Part shown: positions 11,210-21,148 of the stretch, piece by piece
How the letters are laid out: every line of letters starts with the position of its first letter
How positions within the stretch are numbered: position 1 is the stretch's first letter
Virus record (IMG/VR): IMGVR_UViG_3300025679_000005
Length of the DNA: 64,000 nucleotides
Source of the DNA: a virus
Taxonomy: Duplodnaviria > Caudoviricetes
Reading direction: 5' to 3' (one strand)
Notes under the pieces: generated by a model
Databases searched by the model: none
Seen by the model: only the letters and a program-made list of their open reading frames with translations
What the model was told of the DNA's origin: nothing
Position numbers and translations under genes: made by a program

Positions 11210-13588
11210 ATGACTCGCTGTCTACCGTCTCGACACCAGCCCTCCGTGGGTGCGGTGCCTTTTTGTCTGCATACTCGATACTATCAGCCAGATGTCTTCA
11301 AGGAGCTGACAGAGCTAGTGCCCTCAGAGCCACAGGTGGCATTGCTGTTGCCTACAGGCAGCGGTAAGACAACGCTGATTCTGTCTTTCATCGCCTGGGT
11401 GTTCGAGCAGCCAAAGCCACCTTTCTCCGAAGTCTACGTCATCGCCCCTCAGAAGACCGTCCGCGATGGCTTCAAAGGCAATAAGGGGGAGAACCGTCAA
11501 TTCCAAGTCAATCCAGGAGAGGCCTGCTATGAGCTTGTGTCCGCAGAGGATCTGGATTCGAGGACTTCTCTGGACGAAACGGGGGATCTCGATACCAAGC
11601 TTTTAGAAGTGCCCAAACCTGGAACAAAAGTGTGGTTCGCAGAGACTCATGCCAAATTCGCACTTGAGAAGCTGCTCTGCAACTTGCAGAACCACTGCTG
11701 TACTGCTGACTTCCACGGCAAGCTATTGGTGGTGGATGAGGGGCACCACGCCAAGCTGGGCAACAACATCCGAGCCTTCATCGACTATTGGGTGGCCAAT
11801 GGTGGGCACGTACTGTACGCCACTGCCACTCCGGGAGACGGTATCCCTGAGACCGCCAAACTGATCCAACGCACTCTCACTGAGCTAATGGCGCCGCCAT
11901 ACGACCTCCCGCCGTGTGCCCCCACAAGGATCCTATCTAATTTCATCGATACGGGGTTGGCGGAGGACTCCGAGCAAGACGCTGATGGGACTCATTGTGC
12001 TCCTATCGGGACTGAGGCCGAGTTGCGCAATGTCTTCGAGGACATGGCCACTCGCTGGAATGACGCTGGTCGTCCCAAGACTATTGTCCGGATCAAGCCT
12101 AAGCAAGACACTCAGCACAACATCAAAATGCTTCTTATGGCCAAAAAAGCCTTTGAGGACGTAGGTGCGAGAGCTTTTGCCGTCAGAGCTGATGTCAACT
12201 TGAAAACAGGATCCGAAATCAAACGCATTGACGGCTTGATTTCCTCCGAGGACCTCTCAGAAAAGCTGGCTAAGGAGCGCCGTCGGTCGTATTCAGAATC
12301 CGAGTGCGACGTGATCATCACGCTCAACACAATGATTGAAGGTGCCGATTGGCCCCTTTGCAGTCATGTCTACTTGTGGGGCGTGCCCGGCAACTGTCAG
12401 ACCACTGTTCAGGTACTGGGGCGAGCCACTCGTCTAAGGACCGGTATCTCAGACTACCCGCAGCAATGGTGCGAGACCACTCAGATCGTGTTCTTTGTGG
12501 GTGGTGTCTCTGATCTTCGTAATACCCACGGCACTACCATGCTTTTGGTAGGGTGCTCACTAGCTAACTACACTCTAGGTGCTCAATGGTCTACGTTCCG
12601 AGAGCATTTGAAGCTGGTCAAGGAACACCCACAGATCTTGGAACCAGCTCGTGAAGAGGCAACGGCGGTCCCCGCGGAACGTGAGAGAGAGATCAGACTG
12701 GGTATTTCGGGGCTGTCAAAAACCATTGAAAAGTTCCAAAATACCAAGGAAAGGGTGGAGAACTCCGAAGTTCACGAGAGGCGCAAACGGATAATCGAGA
12801 AGCATCTGTCCACTCTTCCAGACGGACCCGAGCGCCGATTTGGCATAAGCTTTGCCCTAGGGGAGTATCCTGGGTATCAAGAGAAATACCGCAAAGCATT
12901 GAGGGGACGCCTTCAAACGGAGAGCTTCAGCGAGGCCCATAAGGCTGTCCTGGATGAACTCCTGGAGCACTTCCTGAACTCAACTGAGGTGCTCCCTAGA
13001 GCGGGGTCCCTAATGGACCTGGAGGATATGGGACTACTCCAGTTGACTGCCCCTGTTCTTGAGGGATTGAAGGACAAGATGCTTAAGGAGTGTCCTCCTA
13101 GGTTGTACCGGAGTAAAGTCATTAACAACACTCAGAGCTTCGTTATCTCGAATCCACACCTGTCCATTTCAGAATTGCTGGATCAACCGGACCCCGCAAG
13201 CCCTGACGGGTACACCTTCAGGGCATACGACGAGGCCATTCGAGCTGGCTCACGTGGCCTGGAGAGGCACGATGACGGCCTAGGCGGTATGGTCTGTGAG
13301 CGAAGCTCGTGGTCCAAGGAATGGGTGACATCAGCTCATCTGGACCAGCTAAAGGGTGGGACTAGTCAAAAGAGGTTCGCTTCAGAGTTTAAGAAACACC
13401 CTTTGGGGTTCTTTTTCGGGCCTCCTATCACCAATCTCCTGAAGGGTCTACCCTTGGATGTCTGTGCCCGTCTGACTGTCGGCGAAGCGGTCCGCATTGG
13501 TCGTTCAGAATGGACTAAGGAGCAATACGCCTCCTTTAAGGGCCGTCTTCAGCACATGACTGTGCAGGAGGCGCTAGATGGCGTCTAA
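11210..13588 (+). CDS. SF2 helicase associated with type I Cascade genes; no HD nuclease domain
   Basis: Motifs I LPTGSGKT, Ia APQK, II DEGHH, III ATATP, V EGADWP, VI QVLGRATR; motif I at about residue 46 leaves no room for an N-terminal HD domain. Confidence 0.85.
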   Translation: MTRCLPSRHQPSVGAVPFCLHTRYYQPDVFKELTELVPSEPQVALLLPTGSGKTTLILSFIAWVFEQPKPPFSEVYVIAPQKTVRDGFKGNKGENRQFQVNPGEACYELVSAEDLDSRTSLDETGDLDTKLLEVPKPGTKVWFAETHAKFALEKLLCNLQNHCCTADFHGKLLVVDEGHHAKLGNNIRAFIDYWVANGGHVLYATATPGDGIPETAKLIQRTLTELMAPPYDLPPCAPTRILSNFIDTGLAEDSEQDADGTHCAPIGTEAELRNVFEDMATRWNDAGRPKTIVRIKPKQDTQHNIKMLLMAKKAFEDVGARAFAVRADVNLKTGSEIKRIDGLISSEDLSEKLAKERRRSYSESECDVIITLNTMIEGADWPLCSHVYLWGVPGNCQTTVQVLGRATRLRTGISDYPQQWCETTQIVFFVGGVSDLRNTHGTTMLLVGCSLANYTLGAQWSTFREHLKLVKEHPQILEPAREEATAVPAEREREIRLGISGLSKTIEKFQNTKERVENSEVHERRKRIIEKHLSTLPDGPERRFGISFALGEYPGYQEKYRKALRGRLQTESFSEAHKAVLDELLEHFLNSTEVLPRAGSLMDLEDMGLLQLTAPVLEGLKDKMLKECPPRLYRSKVINNTQSFVISNPHLSISELLDQPDPASPDGYTFRAYDEAIRAGSRGLERHDDGLGGMVCERSSWSKEWVTSAHLDQLKGGTSQKRFASEFKKHPLGFFFGPPITNLLKGLPLDVCARLTVGEAVRIGRSEWTKEQYASFKGRLQHMTVQEALDGV

Positions 13589-14360
13589 CAATAGGGCTTC
13601 CAAGACAACTGCAAAGAGGCAGGATGACATCTCGGAGCACGACAACCCTGAGAAGCAGAAGTCCAGACAACGGAATTTGGATTTCTTGATCAAGTACGGT
13701 CAGGCTATCTGGGAAGACCACCCAGGCGGTATCCTCAAGCCCCATGTCATTGAATTGATCGGCAAATCCGGTCATCTGTCCTACGAAACCTTCAAGGGAC
13801 ATCTAGCGAATCCTGACCTCGATTTCATTGGTGTTGAGTGGGCTCGCGAGGTTTTCTATCATGCGTGGGACAAACTCGACACATCAGGCCAACCATACAA
13901 ATTTCCATTGGAGCGCGGTGAGATCAGTAAGTACCTTGTGTCCAATTGGAGCAAGAAACCGGCCAGCGTGATCATATGGGACTCTACAAATTCTATGGGC
14001 AACCGTAGATGGTGGTCCAGTCAGGGACGCCGGCTCCAAGAAGCTCTTAAGGGGCACTCCAAAGCTTTTGGGGAAGTCGCTCTCCTACTGACAATGAGCT
14101 TGAGAGGCCGCCTAGACACTCATCAAAAGCACGTTGAAAACCTAAAGATATTTCGGCAGAAGCTGATGGACATTTTCAGAGTGCCCGAAGGGGCCATCAT
14201 CAAAGACCACACAGTAGTAGAGGCCTCCAACCCACTGGGCGAATTCGAGAGTCTCGAATTCTACAAGGCCAAAAGTACCTCAATGGTGACTTTCAGAGCT
14301 ATCTACAGCGCAGACGGGCACCACCGTATGCGAGGCCTACCTTCAACGGAGATCAAATGA
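13578..14360 (+). CDS. Hypothetical protein, possible degenerate SAM-methyltransferase fold
   Basis: HVIELIGKSG, DFIGVEW, RGEISKYL, VIIWDS follow the Rossmann MTase motif order; overlaps helicase stop. Confidence 0.5.
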   Translation: MASNNRASKTTAKRQDDISEHDNPEKQKSRQRNLDFLIKYGQAIWEDHPGGILKPHVIELIGKSGHLSYETFKGHLANPDLDFIGVEWAREVFYHAWDKLDTSGQPYKFPLERGEISKYLVSNWSKKPASVIIWDSTNSMGNRRWWSSQGRRLQEALKGHSKAFGEVALLLTMSLRGRLDTHQKHVENLKIFRQKLMDIFRVPEGAIIKDHTVVEASNPLGEFESLEFYKAKSTSMVTFRAIYSADGHHRMRGLPSTEIK

Positions 14361-14776
14361 GCACAATCCAAACAAAAATGGCTCGTGAAGCCATCAAAGC
14401 CTGCGTCTACAGTCAGGCCACCACCTCAGAGACCATTCGAACTCTCATCGAGGTGATCCGTCACGAGTATCCTGGTAAGACCGACACCGAGATCTTGACG
14501 ATTCTCGCTGAGGAGACCGACTCTGCTCCCATCGTCACGGCTTCGATCAAAGTCGAGAAACACCTGAAGAAGTCAGGGGGCTCCACTCCCGAGGCGGTCC
14601 TTGCTTTCGCCAAGGCCAAGACGACCTTCAGCTCGAAAGAGGCCCAGAACTACTTCAAGGTGACTGCCCAGAAGTTGGCGGGCTCCTTGGCCGTCCTGAC
14701 CAAACGAGGGGTGATCCGTAAAGCTCCCAAGATGAGCGAAGATGAAACTTCACTCTACAACCTAACGCACCCTTAA
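14357..14776 (+). CDS. Small protein with probable C-terminal winged HTH
   Basis: FSSKEAQNYFKVTAQKLAGSLAVLTKRGVI; ATGA-coupled; paralog of next gene. Confidence 0.6.
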   Translation: MSTIQTKMAREAIKACVYSQATTSETIRTLIEVIRHEYPGKTDTEILTILAEETDSAPIVTASIKVEKHLKKSGGSTPEAVLAFAKAKTTFSSKEAQNYFKVTAQKLAGSLAVLTKRGVIRKAPKMSEDETSLYNLTHP

Positions 14777-14844
14777 CTCCCCAGCTACCTAGGCCGTAAC
14801 AACACCCACATCCGGAACACTTCCCTCCGGTGTATAAGGAACCA

Positions 14845-15249
14845 ATGCCCACTCTCAATAGCTCGATTCTCAAGTCCGAGGCCGCTCGCATCAAGCGGTC
14901 CATCATCAACCTCCAACCCTTGTTTCCCGGCAAGAACGAAATCGAGATCCTATCGAACGTACTCGCTGAGATCAAGATGAGCCCCATCGATGCGTCCCTT
15001 TCCAAGATCAGCCGTGCCGTCAAAGGCTGGGCAGGTAAGAACGGTGAGTCCACCCCCGAGGACGTTCTCGCCTACGCCAAGGAAGAGAAGACCTTCAGCT
15101 CGAAGGAAGCTCAAGATCGCTTCAAGGTGAGTCCCCAGAAGATGGCCGGCTCATTGGCCGTTCTAACTCGCCAAGGACTTCTACGCAAGCTAGACGATGC
15201 TGCTGAGGACGGGACATCCGCCTGGCGCTACGGCAAGCGCAAGAACTGA
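14845..15249 (+). CDS. Paralog of upstream winged-HTH protein
   Basis: FSSKEAQDRFKVSPQKMAGSLAVLTRQGLL; GGTGTA promoter motif 10 nt before ATG 14845. Confidence 0.6.
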   Translation: MPTLNSSILKSEAARIKRSIINLQPLFPGKNEIEILSNVLAEIKMSPIDASLSKISRAVKGWAGKNGESTPEDVLAYAKEEKTFSSKEAQDRFKVSPQKMAGSLAVLTRQGLLRKLDDAAEDGTSAWRYGKRKN

Positions 15250-15268
15250 CCTCACAGACAGGCACCAC

Positions 15269-15319
15269 GGAAAAAGAAAAGGCCGGATCCTCAAAAGGGA
15301 TCCGGCCTTTTCTTTTTCC
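15269..15319. terminator. Bidirectional intrinsic terminator
   Basis: Perfect 22-bp inverted repeat GGAAAAAGAAAAGGCCGGATCC with 7-nt loop. Confidence 0.85.
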
Positions 15320-15336
15320 GGTGTAATTGTAGACCA

Positions 15337-15600
15337 ATGAAGATCACGCACCTCATAGCGGACGCATTCGCTCTAGTAGAAGCCGGAGGTTTCATGGTCG
15401 GCACCATTCGAGTGAACCCCTCAGATTTGGCTTTGATTCAAGGCTCGGACCAGTTCTCACAGGAAAATGGCCGCCTCTGGACGGCTGCTGTGATCGCTGA
15501 CCAAACCGTCGAAGCAGGTACGTTCGTGACCGGCGAGATGAACCCGAAAACTCTGAAAGTGGAGAAGGAATCCACCCATTCTCTGTGTCTTCCAAATTGA
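15337..15600 (+). CDS. Hypothetical protein
   Basis: 87-aa ORF preceded by GGTGTA motif at 15320. Confidence 0.65.
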   Translation: MKITHLIADAFALVEAGGFMVGTIRVNPSDLALIQGSDQFSQENGRLWTAAVIADQTVEAGTFVTGEMNPKTLKVEKESTHSLCLPN

Positions 15601-15842
15601 TTCTTTTTCCGGTGTATGATCAGGGCAGAGGCCGAACCCTAGTCAAGTGCACTTGACTGAACCCGGTTATCTCCCTGGGCGCCCTGCTTCGAAACTGGGG
15701 GCCCAGGACTTTTTTGATCTTCGCCCTTATGTCCCACCGTCGGTCGACCGTATAGATAGGTGTTCGGCTTCTGTTGGCTGGGCCCCTTGGTGGTTCTTGG
15801 GTGATTTCGGTTGCTTGTTTCTTGGTGTTTCTGGTTAGGTTA

Positions 15843-15885
15843 GAAAGCCCCGTAGGTTGAAAGACTTACGGGGCTTTCGCCTTTT
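15843..15885 (+). terminator. Intrinsic terminator
   Basis: GAAAGCCCCGTA(G)G...CTTACGGGGCTTTC stem followed by CTTTT. Confidence 0.75.
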
Positions 15886-15925
15886 GTGCTTAACTTCCGC
15901 CCCGGAGTGGGCGTAGATAGGCTGC

Positions 15926-16513
15926 ATGACCCAAAATTTGTTTGAGATGCTGCAAGAAGTCCCCGACGACAACTGGCGTGACCCGAATTTCTTCGACACT
16001 TTCGTCGGGCACCTTGAAAGTGATTACTTCAAATTCGAAACGACCACTGAAGTGCTCAGTGAAGACATAGCTGAGGTAACAGACATCCCGAGCCTTCCAC
16101 GCGAGTATGATTTAAGTTTTGAGGCGTTGGACGAACTCCTATTCGTTGCTTTTCTTCATCGGAAGGTTCCTGATTCTTTGTGGATGAGCTACGATCGTTA
16201 CAACGAGCTGACTGACGCACCTCCCTTGGATGCAGACGGCAAGCCTACCTTGATTGTCCTCGAAGATGCCCAAGTTAAGCCTGGGTCCAACGCAGTCCTT
16301 GCAAGGTATAGGGGCTTAGATGTGTTCGTGTGCAGCGTCAATACAGACGATTATCCAGAAGGGGCGGACATTCTTGTAGCCGATAGCAGAGGGAATCTGG
16401 TGGCCTTCACCGAGAAAATCGATCCTACACCACCACAAGAAAAGCCGGTGATTCGACGTTCCCAATGGGACATCCTCAAGACAGAGGACATCCTCAAGGC
16501 CAGCCAAGAGTAA
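15926..16513 (+). CDS. Hypothetical protein
   Basis: 195-aa ORF, promoter-like GGCGTAGAT upstream. Confidence 0.7.
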   Translation: MTQNLFEMLQEVPDDNWRDPNFFDTFVGHLESDYFKFETTTEVLSEDIAEVTDIPSLPREYDLSFEALDELLFVAFLHRKVPDSLWMSYDRYNELTDAPPLDADGKPTLIVLEDAQVKPGSNAVLARYRGLDVFVCSVNTDDYPEGADILVADSRGNLVAFTEKIDPTPPQEKPVIRRSQWDILKTEDILKASQE

Positions 16514-16660
16514 CCCTGGGACCAAGAGGACAAAATTGCGGCTCTGAGCCCTATGGGCCTCACCCTCTCGCTATGGGCGGGGAGCGATGAACTGTCCCAC
16601 CTCAAGAGACGGATTGGCTTGAAGCTGGGTAAAGAAGACTAGCCTTCCCACACTTTGCAG

Positions 16661-16703
16661 GCGAAAGCCCCTCCGAGGAAACACTCCTTCGAGGGGCTTT
16701 CGC
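16661..16703. terminator. Terminator-like hairpin
   Basis: GCGAAAGCCCCTC...GAGGGGCTTTCGC inverted repeat, similar to the 15843 hairpin. Confidence 0.65.
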
Positions 16704-16801
16704 CTTCCATCGGTGTAGTAGAGGCATACGTGCGGGCCCCTCGCCTGCGGTCACACCCTACGCGGTCTGCCTAAATCCTGGGGCCTGCACGTCCTCCACC
16801 C

Positions 16802-17080
16802 TCAAGGGCGCACTAGCAAAGCTTCGAGGTCGCTTAGCGTCAGCGTCGTGGCTCTGAGATACTGTTCTGTGTCCGTGTGTGGCTCCCCTCTGTTCCAGCC
16901 CTCAAAGTAATGGCTGATGTGCACGGCCTGGAGAATCTTGCGAGCGGTCTCCTCATCACGAACAAGGAGGACGGTCTCATGCTTCTGGGTTGGTTCGTTG
17001 AAGTCCGGCATCTGGAAGAACAATGTGTAGAGTGTGCCCTCTGATTTGCCCCACTCTCTCACCGCCCACCTATTGTTCAC
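16802..17080 (-). CDS. Hypothetical protein
   Basis: 92-aa ORF, no competing ORF. Confidence 0.55.
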   Translation of the reverse strand: MNNRWAVREWGKSEGTLYTLFFQMPDFNEPTQKHETVLLVRDEETARKILQAVHISHYFEGWNRGEPHTDTEQYLRATTLTLSDLEALLVRP

Positions 17081-17112
17081 CCTTCGATTAGCCCAGAAAG
17101 CAATGCGTTCCT

Positions 17113-17685
17113 TTGCCTCAAGGACAGTCAGGCCAATGTCTTGATCGACCCAATAAAGCGCAGAATCCCGATAAATCCACAGACTTTCGCTATGAAACTG
17201 CGGGACAAGAACCTAGGAGCCACCGCATGCTAGAAGTATCGCAAACTGACAAAGACGGCTTCACTATCACGATAAAGGCTCCCGATCAGGCAACGGAAAA
17301 AACGGGAGGGGTACTGGGCCGTCGAGGTCGAATATACCTCACCTCTCCGTCTGGAGAAACTGTGGAAGGGGGTTACTGGATGGACTTCCCGGAAGAAGGC
17401 TGGACCTTCGAGGGAGTGGACCTCTATGCTGACTACACTCGCAACGGAAGATCTAGAAAGACAGTCTACTACGGCATCCCGCAAGAACAGCGAATGATGA
17501 TGGAGGCTGTAGAGCAAGCGACCACATACCAGCTGAGAGAGACGTTCGAATTTCATAAGTTGCACCCAGAAGAGCCCGAGGACAGGCGTCTAGCACGGGT
17601 ATTACAGGCCAAACTCATGGATAGCGCTGCTATCGCTGTCGGCCTCACGGCTCGCCAACGGTTCGTTCTAGGGACGTTAGTCTAG
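17113..17685 (+). CDS. Hypothetical protein (start possibly ATG 17228)
   Basis: ORF track; AGGAG upstream of ATG 17228. Confidence 0.6.
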   Translation: MPQGQSGQCLDRPNKAQNPDKSTDFRYETAGQEPRSHRMLEVSQTDKDGFTITIKAPDQATEKTGGVLGRRGRIYLTSPSGETVEGGYWMDFPEEGWTFEGVDLYADYTRNGRSRKTVYYGIPQEQRMMMEAVEQATTYQLRETFEFHKLHPEEPEDRRLARVLQAKLMDSAAIAVGLTARQRFVLGTLV

Positions 17686-17811
17686 TGCCCTCATCAGGTA
17701 GCGGACATTGCTGGGATCCTAGCTGAGGAATACCCCTCAGAACCCGACGGCTTAACAGAGGCTTACTTCGAAAAATTCCTGCGCCCGTCATCGGTGTAGG
17801 ATCCGGCCTCG

Positions 17812-18417
17812 ATGAGTAAGCTTCCGAAAGAAGTCCGCGCCTTCTGTAAGCATCCGAAGCGTCTGGTGGGGACCTATTGGGCCCACAGTACCGTGGTGAA
17901 GGTCCTTCACGTCACCAAAGGGAAAGTGATTTGCGTGACGATCCCGGCATTACAATCGTTCCTAACGGACACCCATACCCTTACCCATCAGTTCTCGTAT
18001 GTGGGTACGAAAGTACCAACCAGAACAGATTATGTCGTGGACAAGATGAGCGGCACTGTGGCGGAGGTCACTAACATTGACGAAGCCCAGGTAAGCCTGT
18101 CAATAGTCAAGGGAGACATGTCCGGGTGGGACACGACAGATCTGTGGCGTCCTATCATATCTTGTGCAGTGGTCGATTTCTTTAAGACGTATCGTCCCGC
18201 TACCCCAGACGAAGCAGAAGAGGCGGCGGGCATTTACGCTAGATGGACAGCATGGTCAAGACTGTGCCTATTAGAGTCGGAAGCCACTGTCCGCCAGATC
18301 TGTGACACCTCTTGGGTAGAACCCGCTTCCGAGGGTCCCAAGCTACCTCCAGCTCCCACATCTGCTCCAGAGCCCATCCGAATCTCCTCCTGGGAACGCC
18401 TTGACGGTAACCTATGA
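17812..18417 (+). CDS. Hypothetical protein with C-terminal SSWERL tag
   Basis: GGTG-TAGGAT promoter motif upstream; related N-terminus to next gene (F.K.PKRL...YW). Confidence 0.7.
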   Translation: MSKLPKEVRAFCKHPKRLVGTYWAHSTVVKVLHVTKGKVICVTIPALQSFLTDTHTLTHQFSYVGTKVPTRTDYVVDKMSGTVAEVTNIDEAQVSLSIVKGDMSGWDTTDLWRPIISCAVVDFFKTYRPATPDEAEEAAGIYARWTAWSRLCLLESEATVRQICDTSWVEPASEGPKLPPAPTSAPEPIRISSWERLDGNL

Positions 18418-19106
18418 GGGTCCGGCCCAACAACTCGATGGAGGCCAAGCTTTACAAGAGGTTCACCAAGAACCCGAAGCGCTTGATCAACAGCTATTGG
18501 CTCATTGACACGGCCAAAGACGGGGCCAAAGACGGGCGATTGAAGTATCCAAAAAGGATGGGCTACGCTATCTCCGGGAAAGCCCTCTGTCGAGTCTCCC
18601 ATGTAACCAAAAAGTTCGCCATTTTCAACGATGCTGACTGGGAGACCTACCGAATCCCTCTGGAGTTCCTGCTCCTTGGAGACTCCTGCACATACTTGGG
18701 GGACGAATTCCTGCACTCCACCTACGTAGAGGACACGCGCAATGGATGGCTGTACTCGATAGAACGCATCAGCTCACAGCACATCTACCTAGAGCTGATC
18801 AGAGCCAACCTCACGCAGCCCCTTGGGGAATGGATCGAGTACCCCGATTTTAACGCAGTTCTGCTAAATGACTACATTCGGTACTTCAGAGCCGCTCCCA
18901 TGAGCAATGCCGATAGCCTTCAAGGGAACCTCCGGAGTCGCATCCGAGACATCGTCGGCCAGGAAGCGCTGCATCGACTGCTTCTAGGCACCTACGACGC
19001 CCCTAATCCAGAGCCCATTCAGCTAGGGGAGGTTGCCGTGAATCGAGTGGCGGAGCCGGAGCCCGTTCGTACATCCTCCTGGGAGCGCCTGACCGCCGAT
19101 GACTGA
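18414..19106 (+). CDS. Hypothetical protein with C-terminal SSWERL tag
   Basis: ATGA-coupled; paralogous N-terminus. Confidence 0.7.
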   Translation: MRVRPNNSMEAKLYKRFTKNPKRLINSYWLIDTAKDGAKDGRLKYPKRMGYAISGKALCRVSHVTKKFAIFNDADWETYRIPLEFLLLGDSCTYLGDEFLHSTYVEDTRNGWLYSIERISSQHIYLELIRANLTQPLGEWIEYPDFNAVLLNDYIRYFRAAPMSNADSLQGNLRSRIRDIVGQEALHRLLLGTYDAPNPEPIQLGEVAVNRVAEPEPVRTSSWERLTADD

Positions 19107-19689
19107 ACAATACGTACCCACCTACATCAAGCGTCTGGACGAATTCCTAGGAGGCGGGTTCCCACGTAAGGCGATCTCTCTTGTCAGTGGCAATCTCGAC
19201 ATTGTCAAGCAATGCGTGGACATCTCCGGACGAGCCGGCAAAGTCGTCGTCTGGCTCAAGTCCAGTGCGGGAGTCCCCAATCTCATGACCCTCCTGGAAC
19301 AGGCGGACCTCGTACTCATCTCAGACATCGGCAGGTTCTTACCCCCGCCTCCCCCTGACAGCGGCCCCGCTGCTGGGACACTTGCTGTGTCCCGTCTAGG
19401 CAGGGAGATTCAGCGCAATCTGTACGACTCTCCCGAAGGTCCGGCGGTCATCCTCGTGAACCCTCCTCAGACCTTGGAGCTGAGCTACCTGTCTTCCCTG
19501 ACCTTGGACATCCTCCCCAATAGATCGGCCCCAAGCGTGCTCGATGTCGTAGTCAAAAAGAACCGTGACGGGAACCAAGGCGCTATCATCCTCGGGCCCG
19601 ACGAATACAAGCTGAACATCGCCTTCCCACCGGATCCCACGCCGTTGAAGTCCGCCTGGGAACGGCTCGTTGATGGAATTGGGCTATAA
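19099..19689 (+). CDS. Degenerate RecA/DnaB-like protein lacking Walker A, with SAWERL tag
   Basis: LDEFLGGGFPRKAISLVSG and VVKKNRDG resemble DnaB/RadA motifs; no GxGKT. Confidence 0.55.
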   Translation: MTEQYVPTYIKRLDEFLGGGFPRKAISLVSGNLDIVKQCVDISGRAGKVVVWLKSSAGVPNLMTLLEQADLVLISDIGRFLPPPPPDSGPAAGTLAVSRLGREIQRNLYDSPEGPAVILVNPPQTLELSYLSSLTLDILPNRSAPSVLDVVVKKNRDGNQGAIILGPDEYKLNIAFPPDPTPLKSAWERLVDGIGL

Positions 19690-19726
19690 GTCCGGTCGAA
19701 GGCATCGGGCTACGGCCTGATACAAC

Positions 19727-21148
19727 TCAGGGAGTCGTATCTTCGGCGTTTGAGGCTGTGCCAGTACTCTTTGCAGAGATTGCCCTGGTAGTAAGCCTAC
19801 GGCTAGAAGCTGCTAGCTCGGTAGTAGACCTTCCTGAGGAACTGTCCCCGGCCCGAAGGGCTAGGTATCGCTGACTCAGGAGGGTTTTCACTTCGGAGGG
19901 ATGATCATAGATCCCAATCTCTTTGTCCTCGGAACGTCCGAGCAGATTGCGACCTCCTACCACATCCGCATGAGAAATCCTGCCGCACCCACGGCATTGA
20001 AACTTGATCCCACTTCTGTTGGATCGTGAAACGTAGCCACAGGATGGGCACATCTGAGAAGTGTATGCCGGATTCACAACAATGACCGGAGCCTTGGTGG
20101 CTAACGACTTGTGCAGAGCCTTATAAGCGAATCGCTTTTGCCCCTTACAACCCCTGAGATCCAAGTCCTCGATGACGAACGCATGTCCTGGGTAGTCTCT
20201 AACGAGCGAGTTGGCAACGAACCCTGTGCTTGTTTTGATGAGACCGCTGAGGTGCTCTTCCAAGCGATCTAGGCGAGGAGAATTGATCCTCAATCCCTGA
20301 CGTTGCCTATTGGCTCTGAGGGTTTTGACCTTGGCATAAAGGGTATCGAACTTGGGCTTCAGATCAGCTCCGTAGATTCGACCGGCCGACGTAGCCGCGA
20401 TCACGTTGAGGCCGACATCCACTCCTACGCGAGGTGCTGACAGGTCAAGCTTAGGCTCCTCAATTAGCTTCTTCTCAAGGACTTCGACTCGCCATCGGCC
20501 CCGGCGGTCTTTGCGGATCATACAGCCATTGACGATCTCGTCAGGGGATTTGACGTGAGGGTTGGCGACGATCGGGACTTGGATCCTACGACCCTTCTTG
20601 AGATTGGAGAAGCCCAGCCACCAGGCACTGATTTTGGTATCATCGATCTTGCGGATGGCACTAGTATGCACCGAAAGGCGTATTCCAATTCGATCAGAGA
20701 TCGTGGGGGTCTTACCTACTAGGTCCTTGTCAAGAAGGAACGACCAGTACTGATCGAGAACTTCCTGAGAGATCAGGTCAGTGGCATGGTCGTAACTGTA
20801 TTTTCCGATAGTGAGAAGGGCGATTTTGGTCGATTCGGTGATCAAGCCCTCCTTAGCCAATCCCTTGATGTGTCGCTTGAGCTTCCTGACGTAGGTGGTT
20901 GTAACCCAAGCTGAAACAATCTCGATGGCATGCTGCTGGCAAGCCATTACAATGTTAGTGGAAAGAACCCTCTCCCTGGGAAAGAACCTGAGAAGTTCTC
21001 CTCTAGGAATCCCCATCCTCATGGACGAGATCATAGCTTCGACGCAAGCCTGGAGATACAGAAGGTATTCTACGTGAAGGGCTTCGAGCGCACGGATCTT
21101 CCCTGGGTTTGCTTGGGGGTGAAAGAAAAGGACTCGTGAGCGTTTCAC
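19727..21148 (-). mobile_element. tnpB: TnpB (RNA-guided RuvC nuclease), no tnpA
   Basis: VGVDVG (RuvC I), FVIEDL (II), VNPAYTSQMCPSCG...CRGCG...ADVVGGRNL (Zn finger + III); right-end hairpin GATACGACTC/GAGTTGTATC at the 3' end. Confidence 0.9.

Noticed and set aside
11210-13588. Calling the helicase Cas3
   Set aside because: No HD domain before or after the motor, and the motifs look generic SF2 rather than Cas3-specific
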